From: Candidatus Woesearchaeota archaeon
GTDB taxonomy: Archaea; Nanobdellota; Nanobdellia; Woesearchaeales; GW2011-AR9
NCBI GenBank assembly: GCA_018221085.1
Contig: JAAOXZ010000079.1
Location: 1-37,343 of the forward strand
Direction: 5' to 3'
DNA length: 37,343 bases
The notes under the pieces are model-generated. The model saw only the letters and a list, made by a program, of their open reading frames with translations, was not told the origin of the DNA and searched no databases. The position numbers were made by a program, and so were the translations under genes. Of the stretch, positions 15,764 through 26,188 are shown piece after piece (positions within the stretch are counted from its first letter, which is position 1; each line of letters opens with the position of its first letter).

Positions 15764-16555
15764 TTACTTTTTAATTGCTCCGCCACCAGCCGGCAAGAAC
15801 TTAACGATCTCGTCTAAGTCTCCACCTTTCAACTTAGCTTTGATTTTCTTAGCTAAGGCACTTTTCTTTTCTCTGCCACAAACTACTTTCACATATTTAT
15901 TAGTCTTAGTTTTAACTGCCGAAAGAGGACCACCAATTATTACGTCATCAACCAAACCAATACTAAATTCTAATCGTGGATTGAAATACTTTCGTTTACC
16001 ATGTATCATAAAACTACCTTTTGGTAAACCAAATTCTTTCTTCACTTGATTAGATTCAACACCATACACTTCTGCCGTTCCTAAACCTAATTTCCAAGCT
16101 CGGGAATAAGACGCTGTAGCTTGCGCCGCTTCTTTCAAAGTTTCTTCTCCTGCTTCTAAGCCATTCTTAACCACAAAGAAAGGCGAACCTGGCAAATCAG
16201 TATGGAATACTAAATCTCCTTTCTCGGCATGTTTCTTAACTATAATTTCGTTGGAAGTGGCATCTTTTCCTCCCACACATAAGAATCCTTCTGAACTAAT
16301 AAACCAATGGAATTTTTCATACCATTCTCTTTTTATCTCTTTTTTAACTTTTTTCTTCTCTTCCTCTTCTACAAACTTTTCTTCTTCCTTGCCTAATTTC
16401 TCTAATTTCTGCTTACTATCTTCTAAGGCCTTTAAGGCTCCTTTTAATTTCTTCTTGGCCTTTTTAGCTTTATCAAAATAAAGTCCCGCGTTCTCCTCTA
16501 CGGATTTATTCAACTCTAATTCTATTTCCATATGATTAAGAATTATTTCCTCCAT
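15764..16555 (-). CDS. NFACT-family protein with DUF814 (NFACT-R) domain, ribosome quality-control related
   Basis: Coiled-coil N-terminus, then FHWFISSEGFLCVGGKDATSNEIIVKKH...GDLVFHTDLPGSPFFVVK, typical of DUF814. Confidence 0.75.
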   Translation of the reverse strand: MEEIILNHMEIELELNKSVEENAGLYFDKAKKAKKKLKGALKALEDSKQKLEKLGKEEEKFVEEEEKKKVKKEIKREWYEKFHWFISSEGFLCVGGKDATSNEIIVKKHAEKGDLVFHTDLPGSPFFVVKNGLEAGEETLKEAAQATASYSRAWKLGLGTAEVYGVESNQVKKEFGLPKGSFMIHGKRKYFNPRLEFSIGLVDDVIIGGPLSAVKTKTNKYVKVVCGREKKSALAKKIKAKLKGGDLDEIVKFLPAGGGAIKK

Positions 16556-16593
16556 TAAAAAGGTTTAGGTTAACCCGTAACCAAAACGTTACT

Positions 16594-16603
16594 TTTATAT
16601 ATT
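16594..16603 (+). promoter_or_regulatory. TATA box for speH
   Basis: TTTTATATAT ~20 nt before ATG 16623. Confidence 0.55.
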
Positions 16604-16622
16604 TTTTAAGTATTCTCTTCTT

Positions 16623-16982
16623 ATGGCAACTAAAAAATGGTGGGGTAGATCTGTTAGTGTAGATTTACATGATTGTGAGAAAGAGTTACTTCAAGATCCA
16701 GAAAAAATCAAAAAATTCGTCAGAGCATTGTGTAAAGAGATAAAAATGAAAAGACACGGTCCAGTTCGGTTAGAGCGTTTTGGTCATGGTGATTTAAGAG
16801 GCTGGTCGATGCTGCAATTTATCGAAACTTCTTCTATCTCTGCCCATTTTGATGAAAAGAATGGCCGGGCATTTATCGATGTTTTCAGTTGTAAGAAATT
16901 CAATTCCAAAGCCGTTGTTAAATTCTGTCAGAAATTTTTCCACGCCAAATCAGTTACTAATTATGTCGAAGAAAGACTTTAA
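16623..16982 (+). CDS. speH: S-adenosylmethionine decarboxylase proenzyme (pyruvoyl-dependent, SpeH type)
   Basis: ~120 aa; self-cleavage region IETSSISAHF and downstream FIDVFSC match the ES/S...H...D.F.C pattern. Confidence 0.8.
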   Translation: MATKKWWGRSVSVDLHDCEKELLQDPEKIKKFVRALCKEIKMKRHGPVRLERFGHGDLRGWSMLQFIETSSISAHFDEKNGRAFIDVFSCKKFNSKAVVKFCQKFFHAKSVTNYVEERL

Positions 16983-17449
16983 TTGTTACAATCTCTAATA
17001 TCTTCTAATACTATGGCCTTTTCTTGACAGATTAATACTTCGTCATACATCTTTACTTTGGGTATTATTTTAACTTGTCGTAATTCTCCCAGATCATTAA
17101 CGTTATAATCTATATACTTCAAATACGTTCCTGCCTTATCAATTTTAGCGTCACTCAAATCCCTAGTTATCGCTTTTTCTGTTCCAATAATACTCACTGT
17201 CAAACCATCCACTTTAATATTAATGCCATTCTCTACAATTAAAAATAATCTATTGCCCGATCGATCTAAACAAAATTGGTCTTCTCCACCCACATTAGAA
17301 ATTTTTAAACCAATACTAATAGAACATTCTGATTCTGATTCTACTTGGGCCCGACCAAAATTCATAATCACTACTCCTAAAGCTACCGCGAAAGATATTA
17401 ACAGTAATGTGGCCATTAAAGGCGTGATTCCTTTTTTTCCCCAACTCAT
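16979..17449 (-). CDS. archaeal type IV pilin-like protein (class III signal peptide, DUF1628-like)
   Basis: N-terminus MSWGKKG/ITPLMATLLLISFAVALG: a short basic leader followed by the hydrophobic helix typical of archaeal pilins/archaellins. Confidence 0.7.
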   Translation of the reverse strand: MSWGKKGITPLMATLLLISFAVALGVVIMNFGRAQVESESECSISIGLKISNVGGEDQFCLDRSGNRLFLIVENGINIKVDGLTVSIIGTEKAITRDLSDAKIDKAGTYLKYIDYNVNDLGELRQVKIIPKVKMYDEVLICQEKAIVLEDIRDCNN

Positions 17450-17450
17450 T

Positions 17451-17882
17451 TTATCCTTTCCAAACCTTCCCTTTGTATAAAATCTCTTTTATTCGATGCA
17501 TCGGAATAAAAATTTCTTTATTTTTTTCTTTAAGAATCAAAAAAGACTTTTCAATTTTTTTAATTCTTGCTGCAGATAATAAATGGTGCTTTTTCTTAAT
17601 TTTGTCGTGATATTTGATAGTAAACTCTGATTTATTTTTATGATGATGCACCGCATCCAATAATTCCCCTATTGATTTTTTAGTTTTTTTGAAAAAATCA
17701 ACTTTTTTGAAAATCAAGCTAGCAAAGAATAAGATTGATACTCCAGTAATTAAACTAAACACTGGATTTACTAAAAATCCCAAATTACCCAATCCATCCC
17801 AAATTCCTGCCCAAAAAAGAACCATACCCATCACTCCAAAAGCATTCCAAAAATAACGTTTTATTTTATGTCTACTAACCAT
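17451..17882 (-). CDS. 2-TM membrane protein with C-terminal DUF504 (MJ1316-like) domain
   Basis: The C-terminus ..FTIKYHDKIKKK...IKKIEKSFLILKEK.KEIFIPMHRIKEILYKGKVW fits the DUF504 I.y.dr...I..i..s.l....IP.HRI..i...G..w pattern; paralog of the next gene. Confidence 0.6.
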   Translation of the reverse strand: MVSRHKIKRYFWNAFGVMGMVLFWAGIWDGLGNLGFLVNPVFSLITGVSILFFASLIFKKVDFFKKTKKSIGELLDAVHHHKNKSEFTIKYHDKIKKKHHLLSAARIKKIEKSFLILKEKNKEIFIPMHRIKEILYKGKVWKG

Positions 17883-17883
17883 T

Positions 17884-18324
17884 TTATAATTTCCAATAAG
17901 ATTTTCCTTTATGTACTGCTTCGGTTATTCTATGAGCTGGAATAAAAATTTCCCGTTTTCCAGATTTATCTTTAACAATTAGACAATCGTTCTCAAAGTT
18001 CACAATTTTTCCTGCCGGAACAGAAATCTGTTTCTTTTTTACTTTATCGTAATATTTAATATGGAATTCATGTTTTTGAGGATGATTTTTAACCTTATGA
18101 ACAATCTTCCGGACTGCTTTTTCTAAACTGCCGGAAGGATCAAATTCCTTGATAATTAATCCTGAAAAAGTTAGTATGGCAAAACCGACAAACAATGCTA
18201 CCCATTCATTACCTAAGTAAGGTATTTCATAAAGTCCTTCCCATAACCCTTTCCAGATAAAGATGATACCTATCGCTACCAATAACGACCAAATAAAATG
18301 TCTATCTTGTTCTCTTAAAAACAA
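17884..18324 (-). CDS. 2-TM membrane protein with C-terminal DUF504 (MJ1316-like) domain (TTG start)
   Basis: Same architecture: W.G.WEGL membrane domain, then FHIKYYDKVKKK...IVNFENDCLIVKDK..REIFIPAHRITEAVHKGKSYW. Confidence 0.6.
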   Translation of the reverse strand: MFLREQDRHFIWSLLVAIGIIFIWKGLWEGLYEIPYLGNEWVALFVGFAILTFSGLIIKEFDPSGSLEKAVRKIVHKVKNHPQKHEFHIKYYDKVKKKQISVPAGKIVNFENDCLIVKDKSGKREIFIPAHRITEAVHKGKSYWKL

Positions 18325-18423
18325 TGTATCACCTTTTTACTCAGTATCTATTTTTCTAACATATAAATATCTTTCTGAAATAAAAATAGAATATTTTAAA
18401 AACAAATTAAATATCCTTTAAGT

Positions 18424-18984
18424 ATGAAAATCACTGAAGAACAAGCCATTGCTATTCTTAAGAAACATGCCCCCAATGGTAGAGTTTTTCAAATTGTTTT
18501 ACAGCATGGCAAAGCAGTACAATTAGCGGCCCTTTCTATTGCCCAAGCCATTAAAAAAAGAAGACATAAGGTTAATCTAGATTTAATCACTACTGCTTCT
18601 ATCTTACATGACATTGGTCGATTTACTTGTCCACCCAATACCAAATCATCTCTTAAACATGGTATTGCCGGCGCTAAAATACTGAGAAAAGAAAAGTTAC
18701 CTAAACACGCTCGTATCGCTGAAACTCATCTCGGAGCCGGTATTACTAAAATCGAAATTATTAAACAAAAACTTCCTTTACCTAAAAAAGACTTCTTACC
18801 TAAGACTATCGAGCAAAAAGTCATCGCTTATGCCGATAATCTGATCTTGGGAGATCGTCCCGGAACTGTTTCTCAGATTGTGGAACGCTTTGAAAAGGAA
18901 AACTTACCTCTTTCTGCTAAAAAACGATTAATTAAGCTCCACAATGAAATAGAGAAGTTACGTGGCGGACTACAAACATTGTAA
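18424..18984 (+). CDS. HD-domain phosphohydrolase (TIGR00295-like)
   Basis: LHDIGR (HD motif) with upstream H and downstream H..G/AD residues. Confidence 0.75.
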   Translation: MKITEEQAIAILKKHAPNGRVFQIVLQHGKAVQLAALSIAQAIKKRRHKVNLDLITTASILHDIGRFTCPPNTKSSLKHGIAGAKILRKEKLPKHARIAETHLGAGITKIEIIKQKLPLPKKDFLPKTIEQKVIAYADNLILGDRPGTVSQIVERFEKENLPLSAKKRLIKLHNEIEKLRGGLQTL

Positions 18985-19016
18985 CACGACTTCTAAGTAA
19001 CAAAAAACACAGAAAC

Positions 19017-19025
19017 TTTTATAAA
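19017..19025 (+). promoter_or_regulatory. TATA box, leaderless spacing
   Basis: TTTTATAAA 21 nt before ATG 19047. Confidence 0.6.
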
Positions 19026-19046
19026 TCTCCTTCTAAAATTAATGTC

Positions 19047-19325
19047 ATGGCAAAAGTTAATGATCCTTATGATGCAGTGAAGGTAGAAACAGCAGATTAT
19101 ATCTCCAAATTAATCCTTAAAAATCCTAGATTGGCAGAGGTTTATCAGAAGGATCCAGAAAGAGCAGAAAGTATCCTTGAATTTTATACTCATTTAGCTA
19201 TTGGCAATATATTATTAAGTCCTAGTTTAGATGAAATGGTAAGGGAGTTTTTCAATAAAGCAACCAGAGAAACTTTAGATTTAGTCCAAGCCATTACAGA
19301 ATCTGCAGGCAAACCCAAAAATTAA
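19047..19325 (+). CDS. hypothetical protein (92 aa)
   Basis: ORF with TTTTATAAA 21 nt upstream. Confidence 0.55.
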   Translation: MAKVNDPYDAVKVETADYISKLILKNPRLAEVYQKDPERAESILEFYTHLAIGNILLSPSLDEMVREFFNKATRETLDLVQAITESAGKPKN

Positions 19326-19348
19326 TCCAAAAAAGAGGTTCATTGAAA

Positions 19349-19978
19349 ATGGACTTATATGAATTAAAAAAAGAGCAGTACAAATTAGCACCCAAAGTTA
19401 TTCTTAAAGATAATTTCAATAGAATAAAAACCATTGGAGGAGTAGATTGCGTTCAATATCAAAATAAATTAATTGCCTGTGTCGTAGTTTGTGAATTCCC
19501 TTCTTTAAAATTTCTGGAAAAACAAACTGCCATTCTACCTGACCCCTTACCTTTCCGTCCTGGATTTCTAGCTTACCGAGAAATGCCAGCCATTATCGAA
19601 GCGTTTAATAATTTAGAACAAGAACCTGATTTGTTGTTAGTAGACGGCTCTGGTGTCCTTCACCCTAGGAAGTTTGGCATGGCTTCTCATTTAGGTTTGG
19701 CCTTAAACATACCTACTATTGGCATCACTAAAAAAATATCGGTCGGTAGAATTGAAAATAGCAAAGTTTACTTAGAAAAAGAATTAGTTGGTTTTGAGGT
19801 AGAAACTCGAGAACATGCCAATAAACTTTATATCTCTCCGGGCCATCTGGTATCTTTAGGCACTACTCTCAAGACTATCCAACAAAGCATTAAAGTCCCA
19901 CATAAACTACCAGAACCCATCCATCTAGCTCATAGATTAGCTAAGAAAAAACTAAAGAAACTACAAAATGTTAACTGA
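19349..19978 (+). CDS. nfi: endonuclease V
   Basis: GGVDCV, PGFLAYREMPAIIEAF and LLVDGSGVLHPRKFGMASHLGLALNIPTIGITKK match the Nfi family. The ATG at 19349 is preferred over TTG 19343. Confidence 0.9.
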   Translation: MDLYELKKEQYKLAPKVILKDNFNRIKTIGGVDCVQYQNKLIACVVVCEFPSLKFLEKQTAILPDPLPFRPGFLAYREMPAIIEAFNNLEQEPDLLLVDGSGVLHPRKFGMASHLGLALNIPTIGITKKISVGRIENSKVYLEKELVGFEVETREHANKLYISPGHLVSLGTTLKTIQQSIKVPHKLPEPIHLAHRLAKKKLKKLQNVN

Positions 19979-20444
19979 AATAATCAAAAGTAAAGGTATT
20001 TATTCCTTTAAACACACTCCGCTAGGAGGCAATCTAGCCCCACCAGTCTTAGCAGTGCATCCTTATTTTCTTATTCCTGATTTAAGATCTGTTGACGAAT
20101 TCCATAGTGATTACTTAAATAATTTTGAAAGATTAATCAGTACTTATGATGGGCCATTAATCACTTTAGAAAGCTCTGCTAGTTTAAAAAAAACCGCCGC
20201 CCGTTATCAGCACTTAGGTAGAACAGAAAACACCATCTTTATTAAAACGTTTTCCAATACACCCCAACCACGTAGAATGAGCTGGGACGATTGTTTAGCT
20301 TTCCTTAAACAATTTGAAGAACCATTTCTTTTGGTGGGTGGTTATTTTCGAGGGGAATATGGTGGCTGTCTTGGAGCAACCAAAGGACAACTAGATAGGA
20401 AAAAAATAAAATGTATGGTTTTAGAAGAAATCACTTTTTCTTAA
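19968..20444 (+). CDS. hypothetical protein (158 aa)
   Basis: ORF overlapping the nfi stop by 11 nt (same strand, likely co-transcribed). Confidence 0.55.
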   Translation: MLTEIIKSKGIYSFKHTPLGGNLAPPVLAVHPYFLIPDLRSVDEFHSDYLNNFERLISTYDGPLITLESSASLKKTAARYQHLGRTENTIFIKTFSNTPQPRRMSWDDCLAFLKQFEEPFLLVGGYFRGEYGGCLGATKGQLDRKKIKCMVLEEITFS

Positions 20445-20448
20445 TCAA

Positions 20449-20697
20449 TTAATAGGGAATTGGATTTTTCAATAACCACTTAAGACGTTCATGAACTGGC
20501 ATCTTATCATCTCTCATTTCCATCATCGCCAACATACTTTCTAATCTCTTTTCGTCAGAAATGCCTGTTAAATCACAACCAGTACAATGTCTTAAGAATT
20601 TAATTTCTGTACTATCATAACAACACCTTTCATTTGTTACAACTTCTTCAATTAAAATTTGATAATCTGAGTCAACCATACCACCGCCGAATAACAT
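20449..20697 (-). CDS. hypothetical Cys-containing protein (82 aa)
   Basis: ORF only; CC..(x11)..C..C pattern. Confidence 0.4.
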   Translation of the reverse strand: MLFGGGMVDSDYQILIEEVVTNERCCYDSTEIKFLRHCTGCDLTGISDEKRLESMLAMMEMRDDKMPVHERLKWLLKNPIPY

Positions 20698-20780
20698 AGC
20701 GTATATAAACTTAGTGATTAAAGATTCATTGAGTAGGTTTTAGAATAAGATTAAGTAGAAATTCCAGCTAAAACAACAAC

Positions 20781-20790
20781 TTTTATAAAT
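20781..20790 (+). promoter_or_regulatory. TATA box for smc (leadered, purine-rich SD-like stretch before the ATG)
   Basis: TTTTATAAAT 41 nt before ATG 20832. Confidence 0.5.
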
Positions 20791-20831
20791 AAAAACATAT
20801 CCCTTTTAATCAAGCAAAAGAGAGGGAATAT

Positions 20832-23800
20832 ATGACTAAAATCAATCGTTTATCTATCCACGGATTCAAAAGCTTTGCCAATAAAACCGACATTCTTTTT
20901 GATGATAAATTCAGTACTATTCTAGGTCCTAATGGTTCCGGAAAAAGTAATGTCGGAGATGCTATTTGTTTCGTTCTAGGAAGACTCTCTGCTAAATCTA
21001 TGCGGGCAGAAAAAGCCGCCAACCTTATTTTCAATGGTGGGAAAAAGAAAAAACCTGCTGATAAAGGTACTGTGGAAATTGCTTTCTGTAATAAAAATAA
21101 AAAGTTCCCTCATCAAGACCAAGAGATCGTCCTTTCCAGAACTATCACCAAATCCGGCAGTAGTATCTACCGTATCAATGGGAAAAAACACACCCGTACC
21201 GAAACATTAGATCTTCTCTCTGCCGCTAGAATCAATCCTGATGGACACAACATCATCTTACAAGGAGATATTACCCGTTTAGTAGATATGTCCCCAGTAG
21301 AAAGAAGAAGGGTTATCGAAGGTGTCAGTGATATTTCCCTATATGAAGAGAAAAAACACAAGGCCCTCTTAGAGTTAGATAAAGTCGAAGAAAAACTCAA
21401 CAACGCCGAAATAATCCTCAAAGAAAGAAAAACCCATCTCCGAGAATTAAAAAAGGACCGTGATCAAGCTTTAAAATTCAAAGACTTTAAAGAAAAAATT
21501 GATTCTAACAAAGCCACCTATCTTAATATCCAAATCAAACATAAAACTAAAATCAAAAATCAATACGATACTCAAAATACTACTTTCCAAAACAAAATCA
21601 ATCAATTAGCAGGTAAAATTGATCAAATCAAAATAGTAGTTCAAAAAAACAAAGAAAAAATAAAAAATTTAAATCAAGAAATAGAAAACAAAGGAGAGCA
21701 GGGACAAATTAAAGTCCACAAAAATATTGAAGAATTAAAAATAGCTTTGACCAAGAGTAAAACTCGCATCTCTACTTTGAAAGATGAACTCACTAAAATT
21801 GCCCAAAGAAAAGCTCAGTTCCATGAAGAACTTAAGGAACACGATCAAAAAACAATTCAACTAACACAACAAAAACAACAACTTCAAACCCAACTAACAG
21901 ATAAAACTAATCAACAAAACTTGATTGAAGGAAAAATAGCCAATTTCAAGAAGAAGAACAATCTCGAAAGCACCCAAAATCTAGAAAAATCCATTGAGGA
22001 AAAAGATCAAGTTATCGAACAGAAACAGGAAGAAATTCAAACCATTAGAAAACAGCAGCAAGACCTGTACCGAGAAAAAGATCGCGTGGAATACCATTTA
22101 CAAACGCTTGATGAAAAAATAATTAAAGTCCAAGAGATAGAGAAAGAAAATAAAGGACAAGTTAGTCAATTAAAAAATAACAAGAAACAATTTAAACACT
22201 CTACTCTTAAACTCAATAACTGTTTAGAACAAGAAGGTAATTTTGCCTCTCAACTAGCTAACCTCAGAAAAGGAGTTGATTCCTTACAAGAAAAAAAAGC
22301 TCGCTTGGATGCTCAAAATATTTCTCAAAAAGAACATCTTTTCCACAATATTGCTGTTAAAAAGATTTTAGAAAATAAAAAAATCAAAGGCATCTATGGT
22401 ACTGTCGCCCAATTAGGAAAAGTAGATAAGAAATATTCCACGGCCTTAGAAACCGTCGCCGGTTCTAGAACTAATTTTATCGTCGTAGAAAATGACCGAG
22501 TTGCCGCCGAGTGTATTAAATATCTCAAAAAGAACCGCTTTGGTGCCGCTTCTTTTATTCCCTTAAACAAAATAAAATCACATAGTATTTCTACCGAACA
22601 CAAAAAATTAACCAAACGTGCTGGAGTTCATGACTTTGCTATTAAATTAATTAATTTTGATAAAAAATACCACAAGGCTTTTGCTTATGTGTTTGGAGAC
22701 GCTTTAATCCTAGACAATATTGATACTGCCAAAAAAATCGGCATCGGTAAACTGCGAATGGCCACTTTAGAAGGCGATATTGCTGAAAGTTCTGGTGTCA
22801 TGAGGGGAGGATTCAAAAGGAAGAGAAATGCTGCTTCTTTCTCAGAAAGTGGTGCTGATGACGAATTAAAAAAGATTAAGCGACAACTGGAAGAACACCA
22901 TTCTTTAATTACTACCTTACAAACCAGAAGAGAAACCAATGAACAGGAAGTCTCTTCTTTACGTCATCAAAGATCCGAATTAGAAGTAGAAATTATTAAA
23001 ATGGAAAAAACGCTCCATTTAGATACGTCTGATCTAGATGTTTCTCAAGAACAAAAACAAGAATTAAGCCAGAACTTAGTTGCCGTCAATCAACAACTAG
23101 CTCAAATGCAAAAAAATATCGTTTCTATTAACACAGAATTGGCCGAATTAAAAACCAGTCGGCAGTTAATCAAAACGGAAATTTCTCAATTAAAAGATCC
23201 CCAATTATTGGCTCAACTAAGTGCCTTTGAAGAATCTAAAACTCAATTCCGGGAAGAATTAGCCGCCCTTAAAAACGAAATCAAAAATATCGATTTGAGA
23301 ACTACAGACCTCATGGCTCCCGAAAAAAATAAAATTTTAGCTATTTTGAAACAACACCAAAAAGAAGAAACTGATTTCAATCAAGAGATTTCGGGACTTA
23401 AAAATACGGTTAATCTTCAAGAAAAAAATCTTAAAGTCAAAGAAGAAGAAAGCGTGGAGTTCTATTCCAAATACAAAGAACTTTTCAATCACCGAGAAAA
23501 ATTAAGTAATGAGATTAGTCAAAAAGAAGAAGAGGTTGAAAAAATCAGAGATCGTAATCGTTCTTCAGAGATTGAAATTAATAAGGTTTCTTTAAAGAAT
23601 GCCGAAGTTAAGGCCAAACTAGCTGCTTTAGAAGAAGAATTCAAACAGTTTAAAGATACTCCTTTACTAAAAAATAAACCCGAAGAAGAACTGAAAAAAG
23701 AAATTAATCGTTTTGAAGTAATGCTTTCTCAAATGTCAGTCGTTAACATGAAAGCTTTAGAAATTTATGAACGAGTAGAAAGTGAATATCAACGACTAAT

Positions 23801-24323
23801 TGAGAAAAAACAAGGATTACATTCAGAAAAAGGAGACGTCATGTTAATGATGAATGAAATAGAGACTAAGAAAAAAGACCAATTCATGATTGCTTTCAAT
23901 AATCTTAATCAGAATTTCCAAAGAATTTTTGCCACCTTATTCCGGAAAGGGACCGCCCACATGGAACTAGAAAATCCCGACAACCCCTTTGAAGAAGGGA
24001 TGAAAATTAAAGTGAAATTAACCGGTAGCCGCTTTTTAGATATTAAATCTTTATCTGGCGGAGAAAAAACTCTCACTGCTTTATCTTTTATTTTCGCCAT
24101 CCAAGAATACCAACCGGCTTCTTTCTATATCTTAGATGAAATTGACGCTGCCTTAGACAAACATAATTCAGAAACCTTAGCTAAACTAGTTGGAGAATAT
24201 TCTGCTCATGCCCAATATATCATGATTTCTCACAACGATTCTGTTATTGCTGAAGCCAGTACTCTCTATGGAGTTTCCATGGACGGAATGGGTATTTCTA
24301 AGATCACTAGTTTAAAGATTTAA
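20832..24323 (+). CDS. smc: chromosome segregation protein SMC
   Basis: Walker A GPNGSGKSN, long coiled coils, central hinge, signature LSGGEKTLTALSFIFA, Walker B FYILDEIDAALD. Confidence 0.95.
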   Translation: MTKINRLSIHGFKSFANKTDILFDDKFSTILGPNGSGKSNVGDAICFVLGRLSAKSMRAEKAANLIFNGGKKKKPADKGTVEIAFCNKNKKFPHQDQEIVLSRTITKSGSSIYRINGKKHTRTETLDLLSAARINPDGHNIILQGDITRLVDMSPVERRRVIEGVSDISLYEEKKHKALLELDKVEEKLNNAEIILKERKTHLRELKKDRDQALKFKDFKEKIDSNKATYLNIQIKHKTKIKNQYDTQNTTFQNKINQLAGKIDQIKIVVQKNKEKIKNLNQEIENKGEQGQIKVHKNIEELKIALTKSKTRISTLKDELTKIAQRKAQFHEELKEHDQKTIQLTQQKQQLQTQLTDKTNQQNLIEGKIANFKKKNNLESTQNLEKSIEEKDQVIEQKQEEIQTIRKQQQDLYREKDRVEYHLQTLDEKIIKVQEIEKENKGQVSQLKNNKKQFKHSTLKLNNCLEQEGNFASQLANLRKGVDSLQEKKARLDAQNISQKEHLFHNIAVKKILENKKIKGIYGTVAQLGKVDKKYSTALETVAGSRTNFIVVENDRVAAECIKYLKKNRFGAASFIPLNKIKSHSISTEHKKLTKRAGVHDFAIKLINFDKKYHKAFAYVFGDALILDNIDTAKKIGIGKLRMATLEGDIAESSGVMRGGFKRKRNAASFSESGADDELKKIKRQLEEHHSLITTLQTRRETNEQEVSSLRHQRSELEVEIIKMEKTLHLDTSDLDVSQEQKQELSQNLVAVNQQLAQMQKNIVSINTELAELKTSRQLIKTEISQLKDPQLLAQLSAFEESKTQFREELAALKNEIKNIDLRTTDLMAPEKNKILAILKQHQKEETDFNQEISGLKNTVNLQEKNLKVKEEESVEFYSKYKELFNHREKLSNEISQKEEEVEKIRDRNRSSEIEINKVSLKNAEVKAKLAALEEEFKQFKDTPLLKNKPEEELKKEINRFEVMLSQMSVVNMKALEIYERVESEYQRLIEKKQGLHSEKGDVMLMMNEIETKKKDQFMIAFNNLNQNFQRIFATLFRKGTAHMELENPDNPFEEGMKIKVKLTGSRFLDIKSLSGGEKTLTALSFIFAIQEYQPASFYILDEIDAALDKHNSETLAKLVGEYSAHAQYIMISHNDSVIAEASTLYGVSMDGMGISKITSLKI

Positions 24324-24331
24324 AAAAAGAA

Positions 24332-24892
24332 TTAAATTGTATATTTTTTATCTCTAATAATCTCTTGGATTTCTTCGATTTTATTATCTACATCAAAATC
24401 AGATTGTACTGCATGAAGACGAATCTCTTCTAGCTCAAAAAGTATCTTTTCTACTCCTTGTACTCTTTCAGTTCGGTTAAACATACCTTTCTTAGGTAAG
24501 TTACTTGCTCTTGCTTTAGTAAAACGTAAAGCATTATTCACTGCAGTTAAAGCTATTACTAAAACTTCTGTATCTACTTTAGCGCCATATCCTGCATTCT
24601 GACGGTATTCTCTTGCTCTTCTCAAATGCCATTCTACTTCTCTTAAATCGCCTTTTTGTGCACTCATTTTACCATGGCGTAAAGCGATTTTAGTGCCCAT
24701 TCTATGGGCATTCTTAACAATTCCTTCAGAAACGAAAGTAGGTACTTCTCCAGCACGACTAGCTGTCTGCACAAAATATTTTGCTTCTGGAACAAATCCT
24801 TTTTCCGCAAAACGTTTAGCATGATATAAAGATTCTTTTACTCTTCCTTTTGCTTCGTCTAAAAGTTGTTGTTCTAATTGTGAATTATTCAT
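24332..24892 (-). CDS. hypothetical all-helical protein (186 aa)
   Basis: ORF with AAGGAG SD and its own TATA-like element; no family recognised. Confidence 0.55.
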   Translation of the reverse strand: MNNSQLEQQLLDEAKGRVKESLYHAKRFAEKGFVPEAKYFVQTASRAGEVPTFVSEGIVKNAHRMGTKIALRHGKMSAQKGDLREVEWHLRRAREYRQNAGYGAKVDTEVLVIALTAVNNALRFTKARASNLPKKGMFNRTERVQGVEKILFELEEIRLHAVQSDFDVDNKIEEIQEIIRDKKYTI

Positions 24893-24974
24893 TTTTTATC
24901 TCCTTTTTAAGTTTAGTTACTATTAAACAGTAATAAACTACTTATAAACATTTCGGTTATTTCAATAGAAATGA

Positions 24975-26188
24975 TTATACATATCGCGCCGGATTATTCA
25001 GAATATCAATCATTTCTGTCAATCGATAAGATTCTACCAAATTGTTGATAGTTCTCTTCTTGCTTTTATATCCCACTTGAAAACCTGTTCCAAAAGAAAG
25101 CCTTAATTCTTTATTGATTATTGGGCGGTCAGAAATTTTTTTGATTTTTCTCATACTAATGGGTTTACTAAAAACACTTCCTAAAAAGAATTTCTTTTCT
25201 GCTTTTTGTTGTTGTTCTAACTCCGATTTGGTACTGTCTCTTAAATCACAAGAGGCATCAAAATCTACTAATCCCACTCCCAAATAATCTTCATCTTGTC
25301 GATAAATAACTACATTACCTAAATGAGCATTAGTTCTTTCTGGATTATCGCTCCAAGATTGATTATTTCTATCCATTAATCTTTTTAGTCTCCCGGTAAT
25401 AAAACCTAAATCGTGGTAAAGAGAGGAAGCTTTTTGGCGATAATTTCCTAACCATTTTCGGTACTTTTCTTCAGAGTGCTTAAGCAAAGATGTTTCAGCA
25501 AAAGTAAAAAAGAATTTTGCTTCCAAAGCATAAAATAATTCATCTAAGCGGGTATCTCCCAACACCTTAATAATGCTAGTAGCTAATTTTTTACCTTTAT
25601 ACTGGTACGGATACTTGTAAAAACCCACACATTCCATTACGGGTTCTATTCCTTCACTGCGCAACACCCGATTAAATTTAGCAGAATAAGATTTTTCGTA
25701 ACGAGCATTAGCTAAAAATTGCCCTCCTTCAATCCAAGTATGGTCTGGACGATCATTCACACGGATAACTGCAGTGTCATAAATATCTTCTAAAAAATTA
25801 ATCCCTTTCAAACGATATAATTGATTAGTTACTGGATCGATAGTTAAACAAGAACGATAACCACTCCATAACGCAAAAATTTCATCCGCAAAAGGTATTG
25901 ATTCCAGCTGATTTAAATCAAAATAAGGATCGGAAGCATTTAATAAGTTTCCTTGAACTTTATCTTCTGCTGTTTCTGTTGGTTTTGGCATCCCTAAAAA
26001 AATAGGATATATTTCATAAACTGGAGAAGCGATTGCAAAAGGACCATTATGTAACATCGCTGGCACTTTCTTAGAACCTTCTAAAACAGTTTCTTTAGCT
26101 TCTTGAATTACTTCTTTATTTGGATTAGTTCTTTCTATAGAAACTAAGGTGGTTTTTTCTCTTTCCACTAACAAACGGTTGAGAGTCA

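Noticed and set aside
20810-24100. Several 60-85-aa reverse-strand ORFs inside smc. The same applies to antisense or overlapping ORFs at 162..362, 944..1165, 1953..2291, 4600..5054, 7074..7280, 8069..8362, 12401..12604, 14428..14841, 15840..16481, 17223..17480, 28748..28993, 29778..30314, 31144..31676 and 34837..35076.
   Set aside because: All are embedded in, or antisense to, much longer ORFs with recognisable motifs or better start contexts. They are low-complexity translations typical of AT-rich antisense frames.
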